DNA from: a virus
Lineage: Duplodnaviria; Caudoviricetes
Direction: 5' to 3' (one strand)
DNA: 36,087 nt
Virus record (IMG/VR): IMGVR_UViG_3300009529_000025
Span: 1 to 36,087 of that record
Positions 26,398-34,863 of the stretch are shown here, one piece after another. Both the position numbers and the translations under genes were made by a program. The notes under the pieces were generated by a model that was not told where the DNA came from, searched no databases, and saw only the letters and a program-made list of their open reading frames with translations. Numbering within the stretch: the stretch's first letter is position 1; every line of letters starts with the position of its first letter.

Positions 26398-27995
26398 TTT
26401 GTTGCTTCCATCATTTGATCAATCAACTTCTGAGGCTCCAATCGAATAGCAGTCAATGCTTCTTCCAAAGTTTCAGTTGCTTGCTGAACAGCTCTTCCCT
26501 CACTTGTACCAACAATATCATAAGCATCTTCAATCGGAATCTGAAAGAATAAAGACATTAGCTTAGCAACCTGATCACTATCCATTGACCCCAAACCCAT
26601 TGAGTTAAAAAAACCAACGGCTCCTTGCATTCCACCTACCGTATCCAGCAACTTAGACCGAGCGTCGCTATCATCCTCTTCCATGGGAGACAATCCCAAC
26701 ATCGTCCGATGTTCGTTGCGAGTAATGTCACCTAATTTTCTCGCCTCTCGCATAGCTAGATGATGCAGAGAAGGATCACGCGATTCGCACTCTTCCCACC
26801 AGACAAGCAAATCGTCATCAACCGAAGCTAATGGCCCTGCGAAGTTCGTTATCACATTCCCTAGCATATCTAGAAATATGTTGACTCGCTTGCAGAAACG
26901 CTCTTCGATCTTAGCAGCTTGAGCATAACCTCCAACGCTCACAGGCTCTCCCAAAATATAAGGATGAACACCAAACGCACTGAGAATCCTAGTCCTGGCT
27001 GATCTCTCTGACTTCTCCCATCCCATTTCGTTCTGACCCATTGACAGACGTTCGATTTTCTCAATCATCCCATCTACAATCGCCGGATTGCCATAGTTTG
27101 CAACTCCTCGCATCGTCTTGCCGATAGCCCCATGGACTTGACGACGCTGAACAGCAGTAAGCCTAGGGCGAATGCCAGAAGGAACATGCGGATGAGGATC
27201 TTTCCCTACTGTAACGACAACACTGGGAAATACTCCATTCTCAAAGAATCGCTCTTGAGAAGTCTGAATGTGATCATCTATTCGTATTGCCGCCACTTGT
27301 GACTGAGCAGGAGCCAAAGCACTAAGAGGATCACTAGGATTAGGAAGATGAGCAAACGCTACTTGATCACGAGTCAGCCAATTGTCATCATCTCCAGCAG
27401 TAAGCTTCTTCGGATCTACAATTCTAAACCGACTGAATGGACCTTCCTTATGATCAGGCCGAACCCAAGTAGTAGGCAAGCTGTAAAACTCCAATTTCCC
27501 ATCTTCAGTTGTGCCCGAAACGATGTAAGCCCAGCCAGTCAAATTCAAATTCGCAACAAAGCAATAAACAAATTGCCAACGCCGTTGTATTGGATTAGGT
27601 TGTTCCAACGCATCTAACAACGGATGACTTAAAATCAACTCCATTTCCTGATGAGCTGTTTTCATCTTCGCTGTTTTAGTCATTCTCTGCTGAAGCCAAC
27701 TCTTCGTCCTTGACAATTTGCGGTTTCTCTCTTCCTCCAATTCCACCCCCAGCATTCGTCCTATCTGGACAGGTTGACCAGCTGCTTCAGAAGCTAGAGC
27801 ATGAATTGCCGAATATAACCAACCCCGATAAAGACTATAGTTGCGACGACTTTTCGTGTTGCCTCCGAATATGTTCATCTGATCCATACCAGAAGAGACG
27901 CTAAGAATCCCGGCATTCTTCATTCGCATTGCGTTAGAATAAGCCAAGTCCGCCACACCACGGCTTCGAGTCAGGGCCTTTGCTAGTCCGTCCAT
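26394..27995 (-). CDS. Portal protein
   Basis: HPLLDALEQPNP, LNLTGWAY, FFENGVFPS, ILSAFGVHPYILG, ITRNEHR..LGL.P. Likely start ATG 27995. Confidence 0.95.
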   Translation of the reverse strand: MDGLAKALTRSRGVADLAYSNAMRMKNAGILSVSSGMDQMNIFGGNTKSRRNYSLYRGWLYSAIHALASEAAGQPVQIGRMLGVELEEERNRKLSRTKSWLQQRMTKTAKMKTAHQEMELILSHPLLDALEQPNPIQRRWQFVYCFVANLNLTGWAYIVSGTTEDGKLEFYSLPTTWVRPDHKEGPFSRFRIVDPKKLTAGDDDNWLTRDQVAFAHLPNPSDPLSALAPAQSQVAAIRIDDHIQTSQERFFENGVFPSVVVTVGKDPHPHVPSGIRPRLTAVQRRQVHGAIGKTMRGVANYGNPAIVDGMIEKIERLSMGQNEMGWEKSERSARTRILSAFGVHPYILGEPVSVGGYAQAAKIEERFCKRVNIFLDMLGNVITNFAGPLASVDDDLLVWWEECESRDPSLHHLAMREARKLGDITRNEHRTMLGLSPMEEDDSDARSKLLDTVGGMQGAVGFFNSMGLGSMDSDQVAKLMSLFFQIPIEDAYDIVGTSEGRAVQQATETLEEALTAIRLEPQKLIDQMMEATK

Positions 27996-27996
27996 G

Positions 27997-28251
27997 TCAA
28001 CATTCCTCAAAGGGGCTAGGAACCCCCAAATAAACCGGAGGCATTGTTGTTCCTATTACCGTAAGCCAAATCCTCCCTGTCTTCACCAATTCCTCAACCT
28101 CATCCCTAGTCAACTTCCAACACGACACGACCATCGGAATTTGATCGTTGCTCATTCCACGCCAAACAGATAAAGCCTCGCACTTGCCCCGATCCATATC
28201 AGGAGGTTTATCAAGCACACAATTAGACTCGTCGAAACTTGCCGGAATCAT
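27997..28251 (-). CDS. Conserved-looking small phage protein
   Basis: VVSCWKLT.DE......TGRIWL.V.G..MPPV.L pattern, which I recognise as common in phage hypotheticals. Confidence 0.75.
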   Translation of the reverse strand: MIPASFDESNCVLDKPPDMDRGKCEALSVWRGMSNDQIPMVVSCWKLTRDEVEELVKTGRIWLTVIGTTMPPVYLGVPSPFEEC

Positions 28252-28700
28252 TCTATTTCTACCCCTGGCATAGCAGCCATTTGTCTACGAACTTGAACGG
28301 CAGTCCAACTATCTAGCTCTGACAGAACTAACTTGTTAGAAGCCACCAAAGCTGGAACAGTCGTCTCACGAAGCACTGTTAACTCACTACGCAGCCCGTC
28401 TACCGTTTCTTCGTATTGAGTTTGAAGTTTCTCAGCCTCCTCCAAATCTTCCATTGCAGCTTCACTAAGAACACTGATTCTACGTTGCATCTTTTGGAAT
28501 TGAATTCTCCATTGATCTACTAAAACTTCAGCATCCTGTTTTGATTCTTCCAACTCACGAATCAACTTCCTAATTCGTTTGGCCGAGCGATTAACTTTGG
28601 TGCTATGACTAACTGCTTTTTGCTCAGCAGCAGACACTACTTTCTCAACTTGAAACGAAGCCGCCGCAAGTCTAGACCAGCGTTTGATTACTCTCCACAT
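28248..28700 (-). CDS. Coiled-coil hypothetical protein
   Basis: 150 aa, heptad-like E/L/Q-rich sequence. Confidence 0.7.
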   Translation of the reverse strand: MWRVIKRWSRLAAASFQVEKVVSAAEQKAVSHSTKVNRSAKRIRKLIRELEESKQDAEVLVDQWRIQFQKMQRRISVLSEAAMEDLEEAEKLQTQYEETVDGLRSELTVLRETTVPALVASNKLVLSELDSWTAVQVRRQMAAMPGVEIE

Positions 28701-29086
28701 GGTTTATTCTTCTCTTCATTAAGTGATTCCGGCGGATAGTGCAAAGGAGGCATGTCCACTTGAGAAGCTCGTTTCAAAAACTCCTTCCTTTCCTCTACCT
28801 TGTCACTAAGCTCAGCCAAATCAGCGGGCCTCAAAATTGACGGACGTGGAGGATATTTTGTCTTCTCTATATCCTTGCTCAACACATCCATTGCCTCGAA
28901 CAAACTTCCACCGGGAAACCTCCAAGTGGTTCGACTAAGAAGAATCACTCCGTCCTTTATGTACCAAAAAGCAGCCATCCAACAATCAGATTCCTCTTGT
29001 CTTCCTTCTCTCCTCCCTTTCATTGCAGCAAGGAACTGAACCATTGCTTCCTCTTCCGTTTCGTGCACAACCCTTACTTCTTCCAT
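28688..29086 (-). CDS. Hypothetical protein
   Basis: Likely start ATG 29086 with an AAGGAG RBS. Confidence 0.65.
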   Translation of the reverse strand: MEEVRVVHETEEEAMVQFLAAMKGRREGRQEESDCWMAAFWYIKDGVILLSRTTWRFPGGSLFEAMDVLSKDIEKTKYPPRPSILRPADLAELSDKVEERKEFLKRASQVDMPPLHYPPESLNEEKNKPCGE

Positions 29087-29099
29087 TGTTCTTCTCCTT

Positions 29100-29447
29100 T
29101 TACAAATCAATCAAACCAGGCAACACTTTCAAACCCAAACGATCACAACAAACCATAATCCTGTTCCTAAGCATTTCCATTTGCTCCGTTCCTAGCATCT
29201 CCCGCGTACTGTCCTCATAGTCAATCCCGCAATCCTCTCCCGCTTCTAATAAATACTGACCATCATCTCCCAAATCAATGACCGTCGAAACTTGAATGTT
29301 TGCAGAGAACCTAACAGCCTTATCCTTCGAGTCATCTAATGGATTTCTGCTACGACTTACTCTAATAGTTCTCTGGAATACTCGCTCGTTTCCTTCGTCC
29401 TCTAAACACTTTAGGAACTCAGCTATATCATTACAAGTTACTCTCAT
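29100..29447 (-). CDS. Hypothetical protein
   Basis: 115 aa ORF with a TGATG overlap. Confidence 0.7.
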   Translation of the reverse strand: MRVTCNDIAEFLKCLEDEGNERVFQRTIRVSRSRNPLDDSKDKAVRFSANIQVSTVIDLGDDGQYLLEAGEDCGIDYEDSTREMLGTEQMEMLRNRIMVCCDRLGLKVLPGLIDL

Positions 29448-29833
29448 CAGTCCTTTGCTCCCACTTCTTCCTCAACCATCACCTTGTAAACAACTCCCAT
29501 TCCGGCTGAAGCGTCTGGCAATGACTCACTTCTGACTTCCAAGACAGTAGGACTGCTCACCGCGAACCCAAGTCTGCTAGTTATCAAAATCTCATGCCTC
29601 TCAGTAATTGCTGGATCAGTAAGAAAGAACACCTTCCTAGTTATACTGATCCCTCTCTTTTCATAAGCCATCACCTCACTATGAGAAGCATTCTGCTCCC
29701 AACATTCCACATTCGTCTGTTCAGTTACCGAAGCTGTTTTACCACCCCCAGAACTTCCACTAGAAAAAGTCTTTCGACGAATAGTACACGAGTGTGGAAA
29801 ATTATCGAGAAGTGAAATGATACAATCCCCCAT
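29447..29833 (-). CDS. Putative head-closure (head-tail joining) protein
   Basis: PHSCTIRR...GG......VECW.Q, KVFF..DP.I.ER..I pattern of SPP1 gp16-like proteins. Start uncertain. Confidence 0.65.
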   Translation of the reverse strand: MGDCIISLLDNFPHSCTIRRKTFSSGSSGGGKTASVTEQTNVECWEQNASHSEVMAYEKRGISITRKVFFLTDPAITERHEILITSRLGFAVSSPTVLEVRSESLPDASAGMGVVYKVMVEEEVGAKD

Positions 29834-29837
29834 TCGT

Positions 29838-30245
29838 CTAGCGAACGTTGGCGATGAAAGTCCCAAGAACATGAGCTATCTCTGTCAATGAAGTTATTGT
29901 CACGTCAAATTCAAAATCCTCAATGCAATTAGCAACCGTAAACGCCACGACATTTACAGCTCTAGCTGGATTATCAGTTACGATTGTCCCTACCACGGCT
30001 AAAAGCTCCGCTAAAGATGTCGCAGTACAATCAAAGACACGATCCACGACAGGGTTGTTAACCGCATAGTTACTGCCTCTATATACCCTGTTCTCATAAT
30101 CCGAAATGACTGTTCCTACAAATCGAGCCAGTTCATTTATAGACGCTGACGCTACGTTAATTGTCCGCAATGGAATCAATCCGTTTACAGTAAACTGAGC
30201 CGAGTCAACCCAACTAGGTCCGGCGAATGTTGTCGTTAAAGACAT
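29838..30245 (-). CDS. Protein with three tandem ~40-aa repeats; paralog of 32867..33700
   Basis: Three copies of (F/Y)xVxN....R.....S..EL...(V/L)GT.(I/V).(D/N). GGAG RBS. Confidence 0.75.
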   Translation of the reverse strand: MSLTTTFAGPSWVDSAQFTVNGLIPLRTINVASASINELARFVGTVISDYENRVYRGSNYAVNNPVVDRVFDCTATSLAELLAVVGTIVTDNPARAVNVVAFTVANCIEDFEFDVTITSLTEIAHVLGTFIANVR

Positions 30246-30259
30246 TTGACGAACTCCAC

Positions 30260-30607
30260 TTATCCGATCTCCATTCCAGTAGGAAAGAGTCTATAAGCAA
30301 CTCCTCCCCCCACACTTGCCGCCCCCGACAATCGTACGCTCAAACCCTGACCGGAACCTGTTCTAGTGTGTCCCATATTACTATCAGGCAGCACCAATCC
30401 CCCCGCTACTCCTACCGGATAAGGGCCTAAACGATTCGTTGTATCTGCATCCTCAAACGAAACATCTATCGCAGCATCAGACATTATTGAAGCGTTTATC
30501 AATACAATATCAAATCCAGCCGCTCCGACAATTAACGGAGTGACTCCTGCCCCTACAGCAGTGATGTTAATCGGTGTATATCGAACTTCACTCGGCCTGT
30601 CAGCCAT
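30260..30607 (-). CDS. Hypothetical small beta-rich virion protein
   Basis: 115 aa, Gly/Val-rich, GAGG RBS. Confidence 0.65.
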   Translation of the reverse strand: MADRPSEVRYTPINITAVGAGVTPLIVGAAGFDIVLINASIMSDAAIDVSFEDADTTNRLGPYPVGVAGGLVLPDSNMGHTRTGSGQGLSVRLSGAASVGGGVAYRLFPTGMEIG

Positions 30608-30621
30608 GTTACAAACCCTCG

Positions 30622-31470
30622 CTAGAAATGAACAGGAACAAATTCCTCATTTGAATTTGCCTGTCTCTTAGTTTGATCTTTACTGTACCATCCAACGGTA
30701 TCGAAAGACTCTTCTGGAACGGAGCCTTTACAATCCTTTATCGCCTCATCAAACGAACGGAAAGGAAATAAATCACAAGCACTAGTCTCGCTGCAATTGA
30801 ATAATCGAATTCTCTTCTTTTTCATCGGACCTTTCAGACTCTCTAACATCTCACCTTCCCACTGATAGCGACGATTCCTTTCCGCCTTATTGCTAGGAAA
30901 ACCGTAGCACTTTCCATCTCGTCCTTTGAAGTCAACTCCCAACAAGTATATAGTCTTCACTCCCAAATAACAAAGAAGCCTTAAACCAATCAACATCGTA
31001 CACAAAACACCGATAGGCTTGGCACAGCTCCATTGATGCTTACCTGGTCCCCAGTGGGCAAAGGAAGTATCGAAAAAACTATTTGGGGCGAAGCAAGTCA
31101 GCCTCTCAAATCCATAGGTGTTAGGACAGTCTTTAATCCTGATTGACGTTCTTCTAAATCCATCTTCTGTCTTGACAAAGAATCGTTTCTCCAATTTCGG
31201 AAATGGAGCAAATGTCATTACAGCAGGATCAAGGAATAAACCATGATGAAACTTCATTTGCTCGTCCGAAAAACACCAAGCCTTGATCGGAGCCCAAGCC
31301 GATGCGTTGTTTACTCCCAACGACACTACGCCTCTTTCCTTCAATCGTTCTAGTGGAAAGTCTTGCAGACTAGGGCCCCCACAAATAAGGAATGCTGGAC
31401 TAGGAGCCCAGATGCCAGCCAGATTCGCTGGCCAATCGTTTCGTTCCACTCGTAAGGGATCCTTAGTCAA
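30622..31470 (-). CDS. Second Maf/DUF115/GT29-like transferase (paralog of 10789..11799)
   Basis: FLICGGPS, LGVNN, CFSD..KFHHGLFLDP, CTMLIGLRLLCYLG.KTIYLLGVDF, LFNCS. Confidence 0.6.
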   Translation of the reverse strand: MTKDPLRVERNDWPANLAGIWAPSPAFLICGGPSLQDFPLERLKERGVVSLGVNNASAWAPIKAWCFSDEQMKFHHGLFLDPAVMTFAPFPKLEKRFFVKTEDGFRRTSIRIKDCPNTYGFERLTCFAPNSFFDTSFAHWGPGKHQWSCAKPIGVLCTMLIGLRLLCYLGVKTIYLLGVDFKGRDGKCYGFPSNKAERNRRYQWEGEMLESLKGPMKKKRIRLFNCSETSACDLFPFRSFDEAIKDCKGSVPEESFDTVGWYSKDQTKRQANSNEEFVPVHF

Positions 31471-31694
31471 GACAATGATTCCTTATTATTCAGAAGTTCA
31501 GCCGCTTCGTTTATGTTCATTCCCGCCTGAAAATCCCCTCCACAATTAGGACAGCCAATTGGAACTTCTGCTATATCACTACGCCTCATATCATCCAAAT
31601 ACACCTTCTTACAATTCAAACAGACACAATAAATAAAACTATTTTCCCTACTAAACGCCTCAGACAAACGTCCTCCATACGTCATCTCTGCCAC
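31467..31694 (-). CDS. Small zinc-ribbon protein
   Basis: CLNC...CPNCGG; GGAGAG RBS. Confidence 0.65.
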   Translation of the reverse strand: MAEMTYGGRLSEAFSRENSFIYCVCLNCKKVYLDDMRRSDIAEVPIGCPNCGGDFQAGMNINEAAELLNNKESLS

Positions 31695-31705
31695 ATTCTT
31701 CTCTC

Positions 31706-32500
31706 CTAAGACGCTAAGATAAATCCAACATTAAGATAGTCTTGTAGCTTCTGAATCGAGCCTCCCATCAAATCCCACTGTCCGCCAAACAACTTATTTG
31801 CGGACGAAGAATCAATGCTGTATGAATAATCACCTAATCTTTCCGTTGTGACCGGACCAGCTAGAAAACCCACTCCCGCTTTCTTCTTCCATATCAAAGC
31901 CTTTCTCGCTCGCAACACAGCTTCTTCCAAAACCACTTCCCAGATCGGAACAGCATTCACCAACGAACTATCGCCTCGAAACTCTGCCGCTGAGTATCCC
32001 GCAGTATAAGTAATCTTCACGCTGTTAGGAGTCGTAGGCCAAGCCCCAATACTACGAATAATTCCATCCCTACAAATCTGATTCCCATCCGAATCCAATC
32101 CATCATAGTTCGGCCAAAAGTCCGCCCCTTCTGTCTTCTCGTCTGTAAAGGCTCCTAACTGAGTATCACTTCTCCCGTCGTAGTCCACCCAAACTCTTGG
32201 AGTAACATCAGAACGAATTGGAATATGCTGTACTTGCAACTCACTTGTAGCTGCTTCAGCCAATCGCCTTAAGTAAGCACTCCCCCCCTCTACTTCCCAA
32301 ACCGACTGGCGCCCCTGATAATCAAAATCCATTTGCGGATAATATTCTGTTCGCTCTCGCTGAACAGGATCGTACTTCAAATAACGTTGAACCGCTCCCT
32401 CAGCTCGTTTGATTCCCATTGTTATCATAGCTCTTTCCTCTTCGGTTATGGAAGAAGAAAGACCCAATTCTAACATCACTTCTGAAAGGTCAATTATCAC
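31706..32500 (-). CDS. Head-tail connector/adaptor protein
   Basis: IDLSEV...LG, AEGAVQRYL, VKITYTAGY, ERLGDYSYS, LQDY. Confidence 0.8.
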   Translation of the reverse strand: MIIDLSEVMLELGLSSSITEEERAMITMGIKRAEGAVQRYLKYDPVQRERTEYYPQMDFDYQGRQSVWEVEGGSAYLRRLAEAATSELQVQHIPIRSDVTPRVWVDYDGRSDTQLGAFTDEKTEGADFWPNYDGLDSDGNQICRDGIIRSIGAWPTTPNSVKITYTAGYSAAEFRGDSSLVNAVPIWEVVLEEAVLRARKALIWKKKAGVGFLAGPVTTERLGDYSYSIDSSSANKLFGGQWDLMGGSIQKLQDYLNVGFILAS

Positions 32501-32877
32501 GTCAAAGCCCTCTCGCCCAGCATGGTCTCAATCAAACTAAAGACCCCTGTTTCCGCGTGCTTAAACTTATCAGAATCACTGTCATCAACTATCCCTACCT
32601 CGACGGTGTAAATTCCTGCCTCTAACAAATCCAAATCTTCCTGAGCCAATGAAACACTACTCGGATTACTCGCTTGAATACTGCTGCCGTTAGAGCTTAC
32701 AGCCGCCGAATCCAAATCAAGTAAAGGAATACTCCCAACCCTTCCTATCTTCAGTCGCATTACATCCCCAGAAGAGAAAGGAACAATATCACCATCTACG
32801 TTTCTGACCGTTAGCGTGAAGTCCCTTGTTCTTCCTTTATAGACAGTAACTAACATGGGGTTTCTCTCAATATGCAA
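32497..32877 (-). CDS. Ig-like/BppU-N-like structural protein
   Basis: YKG.T..F...V...DG, L...D...L.AG.Y..EV pattern. Confidence 0.55.
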   Translation of the reverse strand: MHIERNPMLVTVYKGRTRDFTLTVRNVDGDIVPFSSGDVMRLKIGRVGSIPLLDLDSAAVSSNGSSIQASNPSSVSLAQEDLDLLEAGIYTVEVGIVDDSDSDKFKHAETGVFSLIETMLGERALT

Positions 32878-33700
32878 TTACAGCTGATTCCGGTCCTTCT
32901 ACTACAAAAGAAGCTGAATAAGGACGAATCATATCTGAAGACGTTGACGAGGATGAGGAAGAGGATGAAGAAGCAGAGGACGAAGAAGACAGAGATGAAG
33001 ATGAAGAAGATGAAAAAGAACTCGAATAGGAAGAAGAAGACGAAGAGGACAGACTGGAAGCAGAGGACGAAGAAGACAGAGATGAAGATGAAGAAGATGA
33101 GAGGGATGATAAAGAAGACGAAGAGGAAGAAGACAGGGAAGACAAACTAGAAGCCGAGGACGAAGAAGATGAAGACGAAGACGAAGACAAAGATGAGAGG
33201 GAACCCGAAGACCAAGACGACCACGATGAAGATGAAGGAGATGAAGACGATGAAGAGGATAGAGAAGACGACGAACTAACAGAGCTAGAGCTAGAAGAAG
33301 AGACAGAGGATGCTGACGACCAACTGCTGGACTTCTCTTCAACATTATCAATAAACGTTCCAAGGACATGGGCAATCTCCGTCAACGAAGTTGCCGTAAC
33401 ATCAATCACAAAATCATCGACTATATTACTTACAGAAAACCCAGATACAGAAATCTCCACACCAGGATTATCAGTGACAACCGTTCCTGCTATCGACAGC
33501 AATTCTCCTAGAGAAGTCTGAAGACAGTTAAAACTACGATCTACTGATGGATTGTTGACAGTGTAATTACTACCATCATACGTATCATTCTCGTAGTCAA
33601 CGATAATCGTTCCAACGAACCTAGCGAGTTCGTTTACTGACGCCGACGCTACGTTGATTGTCCGAAGAACAACCAGATTGTTAACGGTAAATAAAGCCAC
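32867..33700 (-). CDS. Triple-repeat domain plus poly-Ser tract protein
   Basis: The first ~120 aa are paralogous to 29838..30245, followed by a ~130 aa Ser tract and a short C-terminal peptide. Confidence 0.8.
   Translation of the reverse strand: MALFTVNNLVVLRTINVASASVNELARFVGTIIVDYENDTYDGSNYTVNNPSVDRSFNCLQTSLGELLSIAGTVVTDNPGVEISVSGFSVSNIVDDFVIDVTATSLTEIAHVLGTFIDNVEEKSSSWSSASSVSSSSSSSVSSSSSLSSSSSSSPSSSSWSSWSSGSLSSLSSSSSSSSSSSASSLSSLSSSSSSSLSSLSSSSSSSLSSSSSASSLSSSSSSSYSSSFSSSSSSSLSSSSSASSSSSSSSSTSSDMIRPYSASFVVEGPESAVIAY
32970..33100. repeat. 44-bp direct repeat in the Ser tract
   Basis: GAAGCAGAGGACGAAGAAGACAGAGATGAAGATGAAGAAGATGA at 32970-33013 and 33057-33100. Confidence 0.85.
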
Positions 33701-34113
33701 TATTTGGGCTCTTCAGAACTATCCGTACGTACCTTAAAAGACTGGTTGTAATGAGCTTCGGTTTTGGCAATCTCTACCTTTTTCCCATTCTCATAGATGA
33801 ACGCACGGATATTTGCCAAAAAAAACTGGGCCTTGATATCAGGCGAGTCTTGCGGCTTGAGACCTTGCTCAGATCCAAGCACTGCAAAATAATCTAATAC
33901 TTCAGAAAGCGTTGGCTTCTCAATACCAAGCAAGTCGAGAATTTGCCCCGCCTTCTGTTCTGGAGTTGGAGTTGGAGGTTTCTCAACTGCCGCTTCGGCT
34001 TTTGTTTTGGGGGGCTCTGGCGGTGCATCAGCGGCTCCTCCGTGAATCGCGCCAGCAAGCAGCGCGATCGGAATAGCGCCAGCAACAAGCCATCCACAAT
34101 TCTTCCATTTCAT
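33700..34113 (-). CDS. Hypothetical protein with an N-terminal signal/anchor sequence
   Basis: MKWKN, a hydrophobic stretch, GAA-DA, then a Pro-rich linker. AGGAG RBS. Confidence 0.65.
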   Translation of the reverse strand: MKWKNCGWLVAGAIPIALLAGAIHGGAADAPPEPPKTKAEAAVEKPPTPTPEQKAGQILDLLGIEKPTLSEVLDYFAVLGSEQGLKPQDSPDIKAQFFLANIRAFIYENGKKVEIAKTEAHYNQSFKVRTDSSEEPK

Positions 34114-34128
34114 GACGTACTTCTCCTG

Positions 34129-34839
34129 CTACGCTGCAGTGATTGTAATTGCCAAAGCCGTGGTATCGTCGGGTGTGCTCCCCACCGACGCATCATCGAC
34201 AGCGATCGTCACGTCCAGCGACGGGTTTGCTACAGAGTCGAGCGTTGATTCAGCTTTGAGGTAGAGCACGGTTCCGTCAATCTCGAACATCGCGGAGTCA
34301 TCCCCCGATAGGCTCAGTTCATTGGTTCCTTGCTCATCGTCAGTCACTACGATGTCGGCTACCTTGAGACGTTCAGTCAAATCGGTGTCGTCGGGTAACG
34401 TCGTAACGGTGTTCGTCAGGACAACGTCAGTAGGAGGCTCATTAGACATGACTGTCTCGTCTGCACCGATGTCTACTTCAACCTCTACATTCGCATCCTC
34501 GGCAGCCGTGTTACTCGCGGTTTGCTTTCGCTGGTGAGCCAGAATCTGGCGGTGATATCCACGCATGTGGTTGATATAGAACCTCGCTTTCTCCGCGTTC
34601 GTTCCATCAATTGGCCCGCCAAAGTAGCTGCAGAATGCATTGACGTATTTGAGCGAAGTTGGCCCATCAAGCAAATCCACGCCGCCGTAGCTGGCAGGCG
34701 TTGCAACATTCCCATCCTTTACCAGATCAAGGATAATCCGCGCGCGATTGACAGCGTCGATGCCTGGGGCTTCCGCCGCGTAAAGGTGTGGCGGGGCAAA
34801 AAGCCAAACAACCGCAAGAGTCAGAAGCAGCCTTCTCAT
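34129..34839 (-). CDS. Signal-peptide protein with a C-terminal cadherin-like domain
   Basis: MRRLLLTLAVVWLFAPPHLYA-AE at the N-terminus; NEPPTDVVL...VTDDE...LSLSGDDSAMFEIDGTVLYLKA..LD.....LDVTIAVDD at the C-terminus. GAGGAG RBS. Confidence 0.75.
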   Translation of the reverse strand: MRRLLLTLAVVWLFAPPHLYAAEAPGIDAVNRARIILDLVKDGNVATPASYGGVDLLDGPTSLKYVNAFCSYFGGPIDGTNAEKARFYINHMRGYHRQILAHQRKQTASNTAAEDANVEVEVDIGADETVMSNEPPTDVVLTNTVTTLPDDTDLTERLKVADIVVTDDEQGTNELSLSGDDSAMFEIDGTVLYLKAESTLDSVANPSLDVTIAVDDASVGSTPDDTTALAITITAA

Positions 34840-34863
34840 AACAAAACTCCTCGAAGTAAGTAA

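Noticed and set aside
29810-29833. Possible ATT start for the head-closure gene after GGGGA
   Set aside because: An in-frame ATG lies 4 nt after the upstream stop, so a non-canonical start is not required.
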